Shown here: positions 28,235-38,560 of the stretch, piece after piece
Numbering within the stretch: the stretch's first letter is position 1
How the letters are laid out: every line of letters begins with the position of its first letter
Virus record (IMG/VR): IMGVR_UViG_3300047561_001243
Span: 1-64,000 of that record
DNA from: a virus
Taxonomy: Duplodnaviria; Caudoviricetes
Strand: one strand, 5' to 3'
DNA length: 64,000 nt
Position numbers and translations under genes: made by a program
Notes under the pieces: model-generated
Databases searched by the model: none
Told to the model about the DNA's origin: nothing
The model's input: the letters and a program-made list of their open reading frames with translations, nothing else

Positions 28235-30994
28235 ATGGCACGGTATGGAGTTGATTATTACGGCAGAGGTTATTACGGAAACGTATCCTTAGCCGATTAT
28301 GACGCAACCCCATTTTTTGCCACACCTATTGACTACGGTAAAATTTTTATAAAATGGACAAACCCAACTGGTAACTATACGGGTTTACGTTTACTTCGCA
28401 ATAGCTATGGGTTTCCTCAAACCGCTGACGATGGTTTGGTATTGGTTGATACGGCAAGTGGTACTCAAGTAGCGGGTGCTGTTCCTTCTGAATATTTTGA
28501 CCCCTCTGGAATTATTCCCCCAATTAGCCCACGACTTACGGATACGGTAGTACACGCAAGGTCAAGAAATATTAAAAATTGGACACGGGCGTCAAACCTA
28601 TTAAACGTTACGGTTGATGATATTTTTGGTATTTCTGCTGGAGCTACTGTAACTATCTATGGTGATACAGGTGTTGATGGCTCGTATACCGTAAATAAAG
28701 TTGATACAGATACCTATCAAATTACAATTGTGTTGCCTACGGCGCAAACAACACTTTCTGGAACTACTGGTTTTTTACTTTTTAATCAGTTGGAACAAGA
28801 AGCTTTTTATTACTATTCAATTTTTGTTAAAACGTTAAGTAATATTAAATCTGTATCAGGCGCTGTTGGTAATGGTACAACCGTTACGTACACAACATCA
28901 TCTCCTCACGGGTTTTTAACTGGCTCAATAATTGGTGTAACTGGTTTTTCATCTATAAACTTTAACGTATCGGGGGTTGTGATTGCTTCGACTCCCACAA
29001 CTACTACTTTTACTATTACAAGTTCCGTTACTGGCTCTGCGACATTGTCCGCCAACGTAACACCCGTTGTGGGTCTAAACACTCAGTGGGTAAGGGCTGG
29101 TAATGTTTCTGGAATCTCCGTAAAAGATTATGGAACACAACCAAGACTTTACGACGCTCTCCCAGATATTTATAAAGTTGATAACTATGCTGAAGCGGTT
29201 GACCAACAAGATAACCCAACCCTTAGAAGTTTCTTGGCAATTTTTGGTTTTTATTATGATTTAATGAAAACTTACGCAACTTTGATTAGTAATAGATATG
29301 AAGTAGAAAAACTATCTGGGCAACTAATCCCTTCGGCTTTGCAACAATTTAATTTTACTTTTGAGTCAGAACTTGGCCTTAAGCGCATGCGTGCTTTGTT
29401 AGCAAATGCTCTACCTTTATACCAAAGCAAGGGTTCTAGATTAGGATTAAGCGATTTTATAAATGCTTTTGTTGGGCTAGAAGCAGACATTTATCAAGGT
29501 AAAAACTTAATGTTAGATTACAACAACTCGTCTTTTGAAGAAACTGCTGGTTTTTGGACGGGAACAAACGCAACAATTACAGCAGCTGCTGGCTCAAGTA
29601 TTAACACATGGTCAACCAGTGGAACTGTTATAACTTTAAATCTTAATTTTACTCCTAATTTTACTTCTAGTTCTCAAGTTAGAATTTTTGAAAGTAGTGG
29701 AATTGATGCTAATTACACGTCGGGTGTTGTTGTTAGCGGCAAAACTGTCACTATTACAACGGGAACAACGTATGGAACTACAAACGGAACTGGTGGTTAC
29801 GTATACCCAACTATAATTGAGTCGTATGCAGAGGCTAGCAATCCATACAGTGTTGCCAATAAAACACTTGGTTTTGGAAAAATCACTGCAACTGCAGCTG
29901 GAACTTTAACTTTAGTATGTGGTTCAAGTACCCCAGTTACAAAAGGAATACCAGTTACTTATGCGCAAACATACAGCTTAAGTGCTTATATACGTTCGGC
30001 AGCAACAGCAAGAACTTTTAGCGCTGCTATTGAGTGGTATGACTATAAAGGTACTTTACTTAGTACCAGTGCAACTGGAACCGTATCTTCTACAACTTCT
30101 GGTTGGGTAAAACTATCTTGCAACGGAAAAGTTGCGCCAAGTGGCGCTGTTTTTGCAGTCCCAAAGATAACAATTGCATCTGCTGCAATAAGTGAAATTC
30201 ATTATATTGATGCTGTTCAATTTGAAAAAGCAGCAACCTCTACTTGGTACCAGGATGCTAGAGAGCTACAGATTTTTGTAAGGGCTGACAGAGTTAATGA
30301 GCTAAAAAACCCTAACTTTGAATATACAACAACAGCCCCGTGGGGGGTAACTGGGGGAACTTTAGCTGTTGCAACTGATGAGTATGTACCAAATCAATCC
30401 TACAATGTCCCTACTAGCGCAGGTGCTGGCGAAGTTTACTCTTCAGGCACTGCCGCTGTTGCAGTTGTATCAGCAACATCTACTTCAAATTATATGAAGG
30501 TATATGAAGGTAACTCATATACTTTTAGTGGTTATTTTGTTATGTCGCTTGATGGAAGCCCTACAATTGCCCAACAAATTTATTTAGGCATTAAATGGTA
30601 CGACAGCTCTTACAATGTTCTTTTTGAAGATTTATCTGAGTTAAACACTTTGCCTTTTTCTGCAGGTGGTTTTAATAGGCTTTACGTAACGGCCACAGCA
30701 CCACTTGGTGCTGCTTACGCTGTTGCTGAAGTTCTTTGGCCCTACCCAACAGCTGCTGGATACGGAATTCTTATGGACTCGTTGATGTTTGAAAAAAGCG
30801 CTTTTGCTAATGATTACTTTGATGGTAATTTTGGTTACGCAGACTCTGCGGACTTGGTGTGGGAAGGTACTGCTAATCAAAGCAGAAGCCATTACTATAG
30901 AAACCGTGGCGCTATCTACTATCGCCTAAAAGCAACACTCCCAGACTTTTTACCAACAGGCTCAACGTTTGCAACTTATTACTCCCAGCCGTAG
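28235..30994 (+). CDS. Baseplate wedge (P2 I-like) protein with carbohydrate-binding-like domains
   Basis: LYDALP.IY...LRSFL.IFG...Y.SKGS..GL core, plus two N..FE...W CBM4/9-like repeats. Confidence 0.7.
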   Translation: MARYGVDYYGRGYYGNVSLADYDATPFFATPIDYGKIFIKWTNPTGNYTGLRLLRNSYGFPQTADDGLVLVDTASGTQVAGAVPSEYFDPSGIIPPISPRLTDTVVHARSRNIKNWTRASNLLNVTVDDIFGISAGATVTIYGDTGVDGSYTVNKVDTDTYQITIVLPTAQTTLSGTTGFLLFNQLEQEAFYYYSIFVKTLSNIKSVSGAVGNGTTVTYTTSSPHGFLTGSIIGVTGFSSINFNVSGVVIASTPTTTTFTITSSVTGSATLSANVTPVVGLNTQWVRAGNVSGISVKDYGTQPRLYDALPDIYKVDNYAEAVDQQDNPTLRSFLAIFGFYYDLMKTYATLISNRYEVEKLSGQLIPSALQQFNFTFESELGLKRMRALLANALPLYQSKGSRLGLSDFINAFVGLEADIYQGKNLMLDYNNSSFEETAGFWTGTNATITAAAGSSINTWSTSGTVITLNLNFTPNFTSSSQVRIFESSGIDANYTSGVVVSGKTVTITTGTTYGTTNGTGGYVYPTIIESYAEASNPYSVANKTLGFGKITATAAGTLTLVCGSSTPVTKGIPVTYAQTYSLSAYIRSAATARTFSAAIEWYDYKGTLLSTSATGTVSSTTSGWVKLSCNGKVAPSGAVFAVPKITIASAAISEIHYIDAVQFEKAATSTWYQDARELQIFVRADRVNELKNPNFEYTTTAPWGVTGGTLAVATDEYVPNQSYNVPTSAGAGEVYSSGTAAVAVVSATSTSNYMKVYEGNSYTFSGYFVMSLDGSPTIAQQIYLGIKWYDSSYNVLFEDLSELNTLPFSAGGFNRLYVTATAPLGAAYAVAEVLWPYPTAAGYGILMDSLMFEKSAFANDYFDGNFGYADSADLVWEGTANQSRSHYYRNRGAIYYRLKATLPDFLPTGSTFATYYSQP

Positions 30995-31003
30995 TATGTA
31001 GTT

Positions 31004-31267
31004 ATGGATGCGCTACTTCTTGTTTCTTGTTTTACGGCGTTTTTTATTGCCGTCATTGACCGCCTAATCAGTTTAGGTATCTTTAAAGCATTTGTCGCAA
31101 TTGCCTGCTCTGTCCTGGGTTGTTACCTTTTTGGTCAGTTTGATATATCAAAATTTATCTTAACGGCGGTTGCTAGTTCTTTTTTGGGGCCTTTGTTGGC
31201 CCTAGCAGCCGACAAGTTATCTACTTTTACTCGGACACTACAGATACCCGCTAGACCCCAGAAGTAA
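31004..31267 (+). CDS. Small membrane protein (holin-like?)
   Basis: 87 aa with about three hydrophobic segments; -10-like TAGTAT 6 nt before the ATG. Confidence 0.5.
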   Translation: MDALLLVSCFTAFFIAVIDRLISLGIFKAFVAIACSVLGCYLFGQFDISKFILTAVASSFLGPLLALAADKLSTFTRTLQIPARPQK

Positions 31268-31309
31268 TCGGGTGTAGTCTGACCCTCCCTTCTACGAGAG
31301 GAGTCAGCC

Positions 31310-32002
31310 GTGGCTGAACCGACTTACCTGCTAGTTGCAGGAAATGGCAAGACCAGCAGAAACAATGTTGAGGCGCTTTTGAATGACTACGTAGTCCTTC
31401 TGCGCCAAAGAAAAAATGAACCAATCATTGTCCTTGTGTATGACGATAAACCATCAGAGGGTCAAGTATGGGCATCTCACTACGCCAAAGACCAAGGCAT
31501 AAGCTGTGTGGTTTACACACGCAAAGACGCCTCCACAATGGCTGTACAGACCGCAACTCTCTATGAGTCAGAGACTCCCTACAAGGAAGCCTCAAAACTC
31601 GTCAAGGGCGAATCTTTGGCTTACGGCTTCCTGCTATGGGATGACGAAGACCAGTCATGTTTTGATGCTTTGAGCACTTTCTCGTCAAAGGGCATTAGCT
31701 GTTATGACCTAACAAACGGCCTATACGACATCGCCCCAATAGCGGGTCTAAAGCCCGTAACGACCCCTCAGCCGCCCGTACAGGAGCAGATTGTCCCCAA
31801 GGCTCAAGAAGAACTTGAAGAGGCTGTAGAGGACGATGAGGAGGAATTTGAGGAAGAGGAAGAAGACGAAGAAGACGAGGACGAGGCAACTCAAGACGAA
31901 GACATGGAGGAGATTTACCTAGCCATAGAGACAATGGGCAAGGTTATGGCTCGTGGCTTCTTTGCAGAGTTTCGTGCTTTGATGGAGAAAGACGGCAAGT
32001 GA
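31310..32002 (+). CDS. Hypothetical protein with a Rossmannoid N-domain and a long acidic tract
   Basis: GAGGAG RBS; LLVAGNG start; EDDEEEFEEEEEDEEDEDE tract. Confidence 0.6.
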   Translation: MAEPTYLLVAGNGKTSRNNVEALLNDYVVLLRQRKNEPIIVLVYDDKPSEGQVWASHYAKDQGISCVVYTRKDASTMAVQTATLYESETPYKEASKLVKGESLAYGFLLWDDEDQSCFDALSTFSSKGISCYDLTNGLYDIAPIAGLKPVTTPQPPVQEQIVPKAQEELEEAVEDDEEEFEEEEEDEEDEDEATQDEDMEEIYLAIETMGKVMARGFFAEFRALMEKDGK

Positions 32003-32877
32003 TATCAGCTAGAGCGCAAGGAATTTACCTGCAAATGATAATTGCTGGCAGAGTCATGTCTGCTGTTGAATTGCAATTAGTGTTTGCGGAGGGGCGCGAC
32101 GCCCTACAGAAAGCAATCAATGAGTTAAAAGATGTTGGGCTAATTGAAACTAAAAAAGCTAAAATTGAAGACAGTTTTGTTAGTTACAGCGGATTCCTAG
32201 TCCCTGAAAACCCGTCCCTGGAAATCCGTCGTCTATGTGAGCTACTTAGCCAGTATAGCCAATATAGATATATAGCTAATACAGCTAAAAGCTTAACTAA
32301 TTCATCAGAAAAAAATTCTGATGAAGAAACCTATAAAAAAATTTCAACTCCTATGGAAGCGTGGAAAGAACCTGTGAGACCAGAAGACCGAGATTATTTT
32401 GAAGAGCAGGAACGCGAACGCGTTAAAGCAATGGCTCGCGCCCAAGAAGCCTACAACGAGCAGAAGCAAGAAGCTCATGAGGAGAAGCTTGCAATCCGCG
32501 ATAGGGACCACGCCTTTCCCGACACATGGTCGCATTCCGATTCAGCTTATGAGTTTGCTAATCAGCTCCATGCGCGTTGGGATGTCTTACCTTGGCGACC
32601 TGGCAAGAGTAGATTCATACCCGCCTTAGCAGCTGCTCGTAAAAAGCATGGGACTAAAGGGGCTATAGAAAAACGCATGACTGAAATATTTTTGGCTTCA
32701 CCAGTTGTACAGACCATGAAAGACCCTGAGCAGATATGGAAGTTTTATATAAAATCTTTTGGTTCTCTTTTAGAACAGGCACGCTATTCCATGCCAAGTA
32801 GTGCTAAGTTACAGTCTCTTGAAGAAGAGGGAGCAGCCGACATGGCTGAACTAATGGAGGGGCTAACCGATGTATAA
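31999..32877 (+). CDS. Putative replication initiator (N-terminal winged HTH)
   Basis: SARAQGIY...EGRDALQKAINELKDVGLI; directly upstream of a DnaC-like ATPase. Confidence 0.6.
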   Translation: MISARAQGIYLQMIIAGRVMSAVELQLVFAEGRDALQKAINELKDVGLIETKKAKIEDSFVSYSGFLVPENPSLEIRRLCELLSQYSQYRYIANTAKSLTNSSEKNSDEETYKKISTPMEAWKEPVRPEDRDYFEEQERERVKAMARAQEAYNEQKQEAHEEKLAIRDRDHAFPDTWSHSDSAYEFANQLHARWDVLPWRPGKSRFIPALAAARKKHGTKGAIEKRMTEIFLASPVVQTMKDPEQIWKFYIKSFGSLLEQARYSMPSSAKLQSLEEEGAADMAELMEGLTDV

Positions 32878-33565
32878 CCCAGAAGAGTTAAAAATACGTC
32901 GACGAACTTGGTTAAAGGTTTCTGGAGTTCCAATCAATTCAGTCGGTTGGCTCCTTAAGGATTGCGTTGACATTGAATCCAACGTTGTTACTTCCCTAAA
33001 AGGGTGGATGGAAAAAGTAAAATGTAATCGAATCATTCGTGCCCATGGTCTTAAGACTTGCGGTAAAGGTTTGCTTTTAACTGGTATGCCAGGTTTTGGT
33101 AAAACAACCCTTGCTTCATCTGTACTTCAGGAGATGATTACAACTTTTTCTTTAGCCGAGTTTGATGTAAAGGACACAGTCCTAGTGCGCCCATGTTATT
33201 TTGCTTCTTATAACAAGATTCTTGACCTCAAAGGCAGTGTTATTGGCGGGGATGTTACAGAGTCTGACATTAAGCTTTTTCAAGGCATTATGGGTGAATG
33301 CAAAGATGACGCCTATAACATCAGGGTTTTAGTTGTAGACGACGTTGGAAAAGAACACAAAAGCCTGAGCGGTTGGCAGGTAAACGTTTTACACGACATA
33401 ATTCGAAACCGCCACACAAACGGTTTTCCAACTATTGTCACGACTAACTTGGTCCCAGATGACTGGGAAGACATGTATGGTCCCGCGACACGTTCTTTTT
33501 TAAAGGAAGCTTTTTCGACTATCCCCGTTAAAACAGTGAGAGGTGATTTAAGATTAAGAACATGA
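32870..33565 (+). CDS. DnaC/IstB-like helicase loader ATPase
   Basis: Walker A GMPGFGKT, Walker B VLVVDDVGKE, R....PTIVTTN. Confidence 0.85.
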   Translation: MYNPEELKIRRRTWLKVSGVPINSVGWLLKDCVDIESNVVTSLKGWMEKVKCNRIIRAHGLKTCGKGLLLTGMPGFGKTTLASSVLQEMITTFSLAEFDVKDTVLVRPCYFASYNKILDLKGSVIGGDVTESDIKLFQGIMGECKDDAYNIRVLVVDDVGKEHKSLSGWQVNVLHDIIRNRHTNGFPTIVTTNLVPDDWEDMYGPATRSFLKEAFSTIPVKTVRGDLRLRT

Positions 33566-33861
33566 CCAGCAAGGCAAAGCTCCTCCAAGTGTTCCTAAGC
33601 AAGAACACCACACCTGGCCCTGGAGTTTTTGAAGTTAGCGTGGATGAAAGCGACAACTTGTTCTGCAACTGCCCAGGATTTAGTAGTAGGCGCACATGCA
33701 AACATGTTAAGTTTGTTAATACAAGGATTGAAGAGAACGGCGGTACTTACCCGTTGGAAATTTCCAATCGAGCAACACCTGATGATGCTGAAGCCGCTAA
33801 GTATTCACACATAGCATTTAGAGATTTTATTATTAAGTATGGGAAAATAGAGGTTTTTTAA
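33562..33861 (+). CDS. SWIM zinc-finger protein
   Basis: CNCPGF..RRTCKH. Confidence 0.8.
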   Translation: MTSKAKLLQVFLSKNTTPGPGVFEVSVDESDNLFCNCPGFSSRRTCKHVKFVNTRIEENGGTYPLEISNRATPDDAEAAKYSHIAFRDFIIKYGKIEVF

Positions 33862-33864
33862 AAC

Positions 33865-34290
33865 ATGCAAAAAGGGGATATAAGTAACGCATTACCAAAA
33901 CGTTACTTAGTGCATGCAGATTTAGTGAGGCAAGAAACGCCTGAAATAAAAAAAGCTTTAGGTTTTATACCTGTAGTTAAGAAAAACATTTCTTACGATA
34001 ACGCTTTGCTTAGTCGTTTCTACCTACACACTACTCGCGTAGGTGAGACTTTAGAGCTTATCGGTACTGATATGTCTTCTGAAGATTTAGAACAACTGTT
34101 TGAATACTTAGACCGTATTGGTACAAACCCGTTTAGGTATTACACAGCATACGAATCTATTGAACATGTTGTTGCCGAACTTCCCTATCGTCCAGAAGTT
34201 GCAGGTGTGGTTGATTTACCTAATCGAATGCTAAGGTACGGACACTGGGGTATGGCCTTTGTAGATTTCTTTGGAGGTGCACGTGAATAA
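33865..34290 (+). CDS. Hypothetical protein
   Basis: 141-aa ORF tightly packed in the replication operon. Confidence 0.6.
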   Translation: MQKGDISNALPKRYLVHADLVRQETPEIKKALGFIPVVKKNISYDNALLSRFYLHTTRVGETLELIGTDMSSEDLEQLFEYLDRIGTNPFRYYTAYESIEHVVAELPYRPEVAGVVDLPNRMLRYGHWGMAFVDFFGGARE

Positions 34291-35512
34291 CGAATTACGC
34301 TTATTACACAAAGCAGTTTCCAATAGAGACCTAGCACCACTGTTTCTTCGTGGAGTAAACGACTCCTGGTTTTCCAATGAATCAGACCGTAGATTATTTA
34401 TGTACATCAGGGTTCACTTTGCTGAGTACAGCGAATGCCCTAGTGAACAGGCTATTAAAGATAACTTTCCAACCTTTGAGTTATCTGCCGTAGAGGATTC
34501 AATTGAGTATTTACTCGACTGGCTTGCAGCAGCACGCCGCAAAGAAGCAACTATCAAAATGCTTGGTAGTGCAATTAACATCCTTGAAAATGAAGAAGAC
34601 CATGAAGCTGCTCTTCTTGCATTACAAGGCGGTCTTGTAAAGTTAGATGAAGATGGTTATTCAGTCAGCCGTGACATTGATTTAATTGATGACCCAGAAA
34701 AACGTTTTGATGAATACCTTCATCGCAAGAATACTCCAGATGGAATGTTGGGTTACAGGACTGGTTTTCCAACTATTGATGCAACCATTAGCGGTTTACA
34801 GAATGGTCAATTTATAGTTGTAGCAGCGCTACCTAAAACTGGAAAGTCAACCTTATGTTTACAGATGGGTATTAACATTCACAATGCTGGACACAGCGTT
34901 ATGTTTCAATCTTTTGAAATGAGTAATACAGAGCAAGCATCTCGTTACGACGCCATGCGCTCTCGACTATCTCACCACCGATTAATAACTGGAACCATGA
35001 CTACTGAAGAAGAGTCTCGTTATCGTTCAACTCTTCGTACATTGGCTCAGTACAACGCTGGTTTTAAACTTGTTGATTCATCGGCTGGCCTTACCGTGAC
35101 TGGTATTGCTAACAAGATTCAAACCCTACAGCCAGATGTTGTTTTTATTGACGGTATGTATCTTATGGTTGATGAGCAAGGTGCTGAGCCTGGTTCTCCA
35201 CGTGCATTAACTAACATCACACGTGGACTTAAGCGCCTAGCGCAGAAGACTAATAAGCCAATCATTGTTTCTACCCAGTATCTTTCCCATAAAACTAAAG
35301 CAGGTAAGGCAACTCTTGACTCTATTGGTTATGCGTCTTCTTTTGCTCAAGATGCTGATGTGGTTCTTGGCCTAGAGCGCGAAGATGATTCGGTAGATGA
35401 GCTTCGTACATTAAAGATTATGGCTAGCCGTAACTCAGGACCAGCAGAGATTACTCTGACTTGGGAATGGGATGTAGGTGTCTTTAAAGAGATTGATGAG
35501 TCAGACCTATGA
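34283..35512 (+). CDS. dnaB: Replicative DnaB-like helicase
   Basis: TGFPTID, ALPKTGKS, SFEM, VFIDGMYL, LKRLA and QDADVV motifs; GGAGG RBS before the GTG at 34283. Confidence 0.9.
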   Translation: MNNELRLLHKAVSNRDLAPLFLRGVNDSWFSNESDRRLFMYIRVHFAEYSECPSEQAIKDNFPTFELSAVEDSIEYLLDWLAAARRKEATIKMLGSAINILENEEDHEAALLALQGGLVKLDEDGYSVSRDIDLIDDPEKRFDEYLHRKNTPDGMLGYRTGFPTIDATISGLQNGQFIVVAALPKTGKSTLCLQMGINIHNAGHSVMFQSFEMSNTEQASRYDAMRSRLSHHRLITGTMTTEEESRYRSTLRTLAQYNAGFKLVDSSAGLTVTGIANKIQTLQPDVVFIDGMYLMVDEQGAEPGSPRALTNITRGLKRLAQKTNKPIIVSTQYLSHKTKAGKATLDSIGYASSFAQDADVVLGLEREDDSVDELRTLKIMASRNSGPAEITLTWEWDVGVFKEIDESDL

Positions 35513-36438
35513 CACTTGACGAAATGAAAGATTTGCTTGAGCGTTTAAATATACCCGTAACTGGGATTAACGGTGGAGAAGTAAGCGCTCGTTGCCCTGG
35601 TCACTTTGATAGAACTGGCAAACAAGACCGTAACCCTTCATGGTCTATTAACGCCAGCACTGGCGCCCATCGCTGTTGGTCTTGTGGTTTTCGCGGAAGT
35701 CTTCAATTTTTAGTTAGCTACGTTGGCGGTATTGATGTTGAAGAAGTTTCCGAGTGGGTTAAAACAAACTCAAAAGCTTTAACAATTTCTTTTGAGCGGA
35801 TGCTTAACTCTCAAGATGTAGTTGAAGAGAAGTTAGAAGTTCTTGAAGAATCAATGTTGGCCCTCTATACAACTCCTCCTGCCCACGTTCTTAAAGCACG
35901 TGGGATAACGTTAGAGGCTGCCCAACAATGTGAAATTCTTTGGGACCCACGCAAGGAGTGTTGGATTCTTCCCATCCGCGAACCCATAGCTAATTCACTA
36001 TGGGGTTGGCAAGAGAAAGCTTTTATTGGTCGTTGGTTTAGAAATCAACCCGAGGGAGTTAAGAAAAGCCGCACCTTGTTTAACATAAACCGCTACTCAG
36101 GTCCTATGGTCTTAGTAGAATCTCCTCTTGATGTTGCACGTTTGGCTTCCGTAGGAGTTTACGGTGGCGTGGCTGCAATGGGCGCTTTAGTATCAAAAGA
36201 CCAACTTCTGTGTATAGATAGTGCAGATAAGTTAATAGTTGCATTAGATAACGATGATGCTGGACATAGCGCCTCAGAGGAGTTACTTAAGTGGGCCAAG
36301 GCAAAGAACAAGGGAATCTGGTTCTTTAGCTATACCCATACAGATATGAAAGATGTGGGCGGTATGAGCAAGTCAGAGATTCTGCAGGGGTTAGAAGAGG
36401 CCCGTCACTCAATACGTGGGAAGAAGGCTTTGGCATGA
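35509..36438 (+). CDS. DNA primase (Zn finger + TOPRIM)
   Basis: CPGH...CWSC zinc finger; LVESPLDV and ALDNDDAG TOPRIM motifs; KDVG. Confidence 0.85.
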   Translation: MTLDEMKDLLERLNIPVTGINGGEVSARCPGHFDRTGKQDRNPSWSINASTGAHRCWSCGFRGSLQFLVSYVGGIDVEEVSEWVKTNSKALTISFERMLNSQDVVEEKLEVLEESMLALYTTPPAHVLKARGITLEAAQQCEILWDPRKECWILPIREPIANSLWGWQEKAFIGRWFRNQPEGVKKSRTLFNINRYSGPMVLVESPLDVARLASVGVYGGVAAMGALVSKDQLLCIDSADKLIVALDNDDAGHSASEELLKWAKAKNKGIWFFSYTHTDMKDVGGMSKSEILQGLEEARHSIRGKKALA

Positions 36439-36965
36439 TTATTGGACTTACAGGTTACGCGCAGTCAGGTAAAGACACTTTAGCTGGAATGCTTATTGGC
36501 CTTCACGGGTACGATAACAGGGCTTTTGCTGACCCTATTCGCAAATTGTTATATGAGACAAATCCTTTACTTAAATCAGAGTACCGAGTTAAAGGGCTTG
36601 TAGATGTACACGGCTGGGATAAAGTAAAAGTTGAATACGACGAAGCACGAACACTCCTTCAAAGATTGGGAGTTGCTGCTCGTACTGTTTTTGGTGAAAA
36701 CTTCTGGGTAGACCAAGCATTGTCTGGTTTGTCCGAAGGAGACAAGATTGTTATTACAGATGTGCGCTTCCCCAATGAAGCAGATGCCATCAAAGCTTTA
36801 GGTGGTCAAATTTGGCGAGTTAAAAGAATTGGTGTGGGAGCAGTCAACAGCCACGAATCTGAAACAGCCATGGATGGATACCCAGTAAATCAAATTTTTA
36901 TAAACAACGGAACACCAGAAGACCTTATGCTTTTGTTAAAAATAAGGATGGGTCAATTTTCATGA
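36435..36965 (+). CDS. Deoxynucleoside monophosphate kinase
   Basis: IIGLTGYAQSGKDT, FADPIR, LQRLG, ITDVRFPNE and HESE motifs. Confidence 0.9.
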   Translation: MIIGLTGYAQSGKDTLAGMLIGLHGYDNRAFADPIRKLLYETNPLLKSEYRVKGLVDVHGWDKVKVEYDEARTLLQRLGVAARTVFGENFWVDQALSGLSEGDKIVITDVRFPNEADAIKALGGQIWRVKRIGVGAVNSHESETAMDGYPVNQIFINNGTPEDLMLLLKIRMGQFS

Positions 36966-38551
36966 CCTTTCACGGCACCCTTCTTCCTTATCAACCAGAA
37001 GCCGTTGACCGCATGTGTTCCACTAAACGCATGTTGGTTGCCTACGACCTTGGTCTTGGTAAAACAGTTTTAACCATTGCAGCAGTCGAACGTTTGTTCG
37101 ATAGCGGAGACATAACAGAACCTGGTTTGGTAATATGTCTATCTAGCCTTAAATACCAGTGGGCTAATCAAATTAGGAAGTTTACTGATGGTACTTCAAA
37201 CCCTGTGGTCATTGACGGAACACCGTCCAAACGAGCAGAGCAATACACGCGGCTCATTAATCGAGGGATTGATGAAGCTTCTTACATCATCCTTAATTAC
37301 GAGCAGGTCGTCAACGACTGGTCATACATCGAAAAACTTCCCAGAGGATTCGTGGTCCTTGACGAAGCAACAGCTATCAAGTCTTTTAGGTCCAAGCGTT
37401 CCAAGCAAGTAAAAAAATTATCTGACTCACCGTACAAGTTTGCTTTAACTGGTACACCAATTGAAAATGGAAAACCAGAAGAGCTCTATAGCATCATGCA
37501 GTTTGTTAATCCTGAAGTACTGGGCCGCTTTGACATTTTTGATAAAAGTTTCATTGTTCGCAATCACTGGGGTGGCGTAGACCGATACCGCAATCTTCCC
37601 GTTCTACATGAACGCATGAAGTTAGCTTCAGTACGAAAGTCTCAGAAAGACTCTGATGTTGCGCCGTTTTTACCTGACTCTATTCACAAAGACCCTATTG
37701 ACGTGTTTTTTGATAGGAAATCCGCACGACTCTACGAGCGCATTAAGAACGATATTCTTATAGACCTAGAGGAAGCACAAGTTCTTTTTGGTGCATCTTT
37801 TAATATCCTTGCTCATTATGGATTTGAACGCAGTGGTGGTGGCCCTGCCGATGAGTTACGAGGAAAACTTATGTCCAAAATTGGAGCACTTAAAATGCTG
37901 TGCTCCCACCCTAATTTATTACGTATCAGCGCTACTAAGTTTAAACAGATGAATGGTGAAGGTTCAGCTTATGCTGCTTCTTTGCTAGAGGATGGTCACC
38001 TTGATGGAGTTACGGATTCTCAAAAATTAAAAGCGGTTTCGGAATATGTAAACAACTTTTTAGACAACGCACCTGAAAACAAAGTAGTTATATTTGCAAC
38101 TCACGTAGACATGCTGCCGTTGCTTGCACATGAATTTAACGAGGACCGCTGTAAGCTTTACTCAGGTCAACTTAACGCTAAAACAAAAGAGGAGAACAAG
38201 ATTGCCTTCAATACAGACCCTAACATTCGTGTTCTTATTAGCTCTGACGCTGGCGGGTATGGAGTTGATTTACCTGCTGCCAACCTTCTTATTAATTATG
38301 ACTTGCCGTGGAGCTCTGGCGCGGCTATTCAAAGAAACGGAAGAATAAAAAGAGCATCTTCAACGTGGAAAACAATAGTTATTCAAGATTTTATTATTAC
38401 TAACTCTATTGAACGCCATCAGTACGACGCACTACAGCAAAAAAGTTCTGTTGCAAACGCAATCATTGATGGTGAAGGTATTGATGATAAAGGCGGAGTA
38501 CCAATTACACTTAGCAGTCTCAGCAAACATCTAAAATCAACTAACGTATAG
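36962..38551 (+). CDS. SNF2-family helicase
   Basis: DLGLGKT, LDEA, LTGTPIEN, GGYGVDL, YDLPW and QRNGRI motifs. Confidence 0.9.
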   Translation: MTFHGTLLPYQPEAVDRMCSTKRMLVAYDLGLGKTVLTIAAVERLFDSGDITEPGLVICLSSLKYQWANQIRKFTDGTSNPVVIDGTPSKRAEQYTRLINRGIDEASYIILNYEQVVNDWSYIEKLPRGFVVLDEATAIKSFRSKRSKQVKKLSDSPYKFALTGTPIENGKPEELYSIMQFVNPEVLGRFDIFDKSFIVRNHWGGVDRYRNLPVLHERMKLASVRKSQKDSDVAPFLPDSIHKDPIDVFFDRKSARLYERIKNDILIDLEEAQVLFGASFNILAHYGFERSGGGPADELRGKLMSKIGALKMLCSHPNLLRISATKFKQMNGEGSAYAASLLEDGHLDGVTDSQKLKAVSEYVNNFLDNAPENKVVIFATHVDMLPLLAHEFNEDRCKLYSGQLNAKTKEENKIAFNTDPNIRVLISSDAGGYGVDLPAANLLINYDLPWSSGAAIQRNGRIKRASSTWKTIVIQDFIITNSIERHQYDALQQKSSVANAIIDGEGIDDKGGVPITLSSLSKHLKSTNV

Positions 38552-38560
38552 GAGCACAAA

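Noticed and set aside
16898-30994. Tailocin/extracellular contractile injection system
   Set aside because: The block is contiguous with a full phage replication module and neck genes; head genes are probably outside the window.
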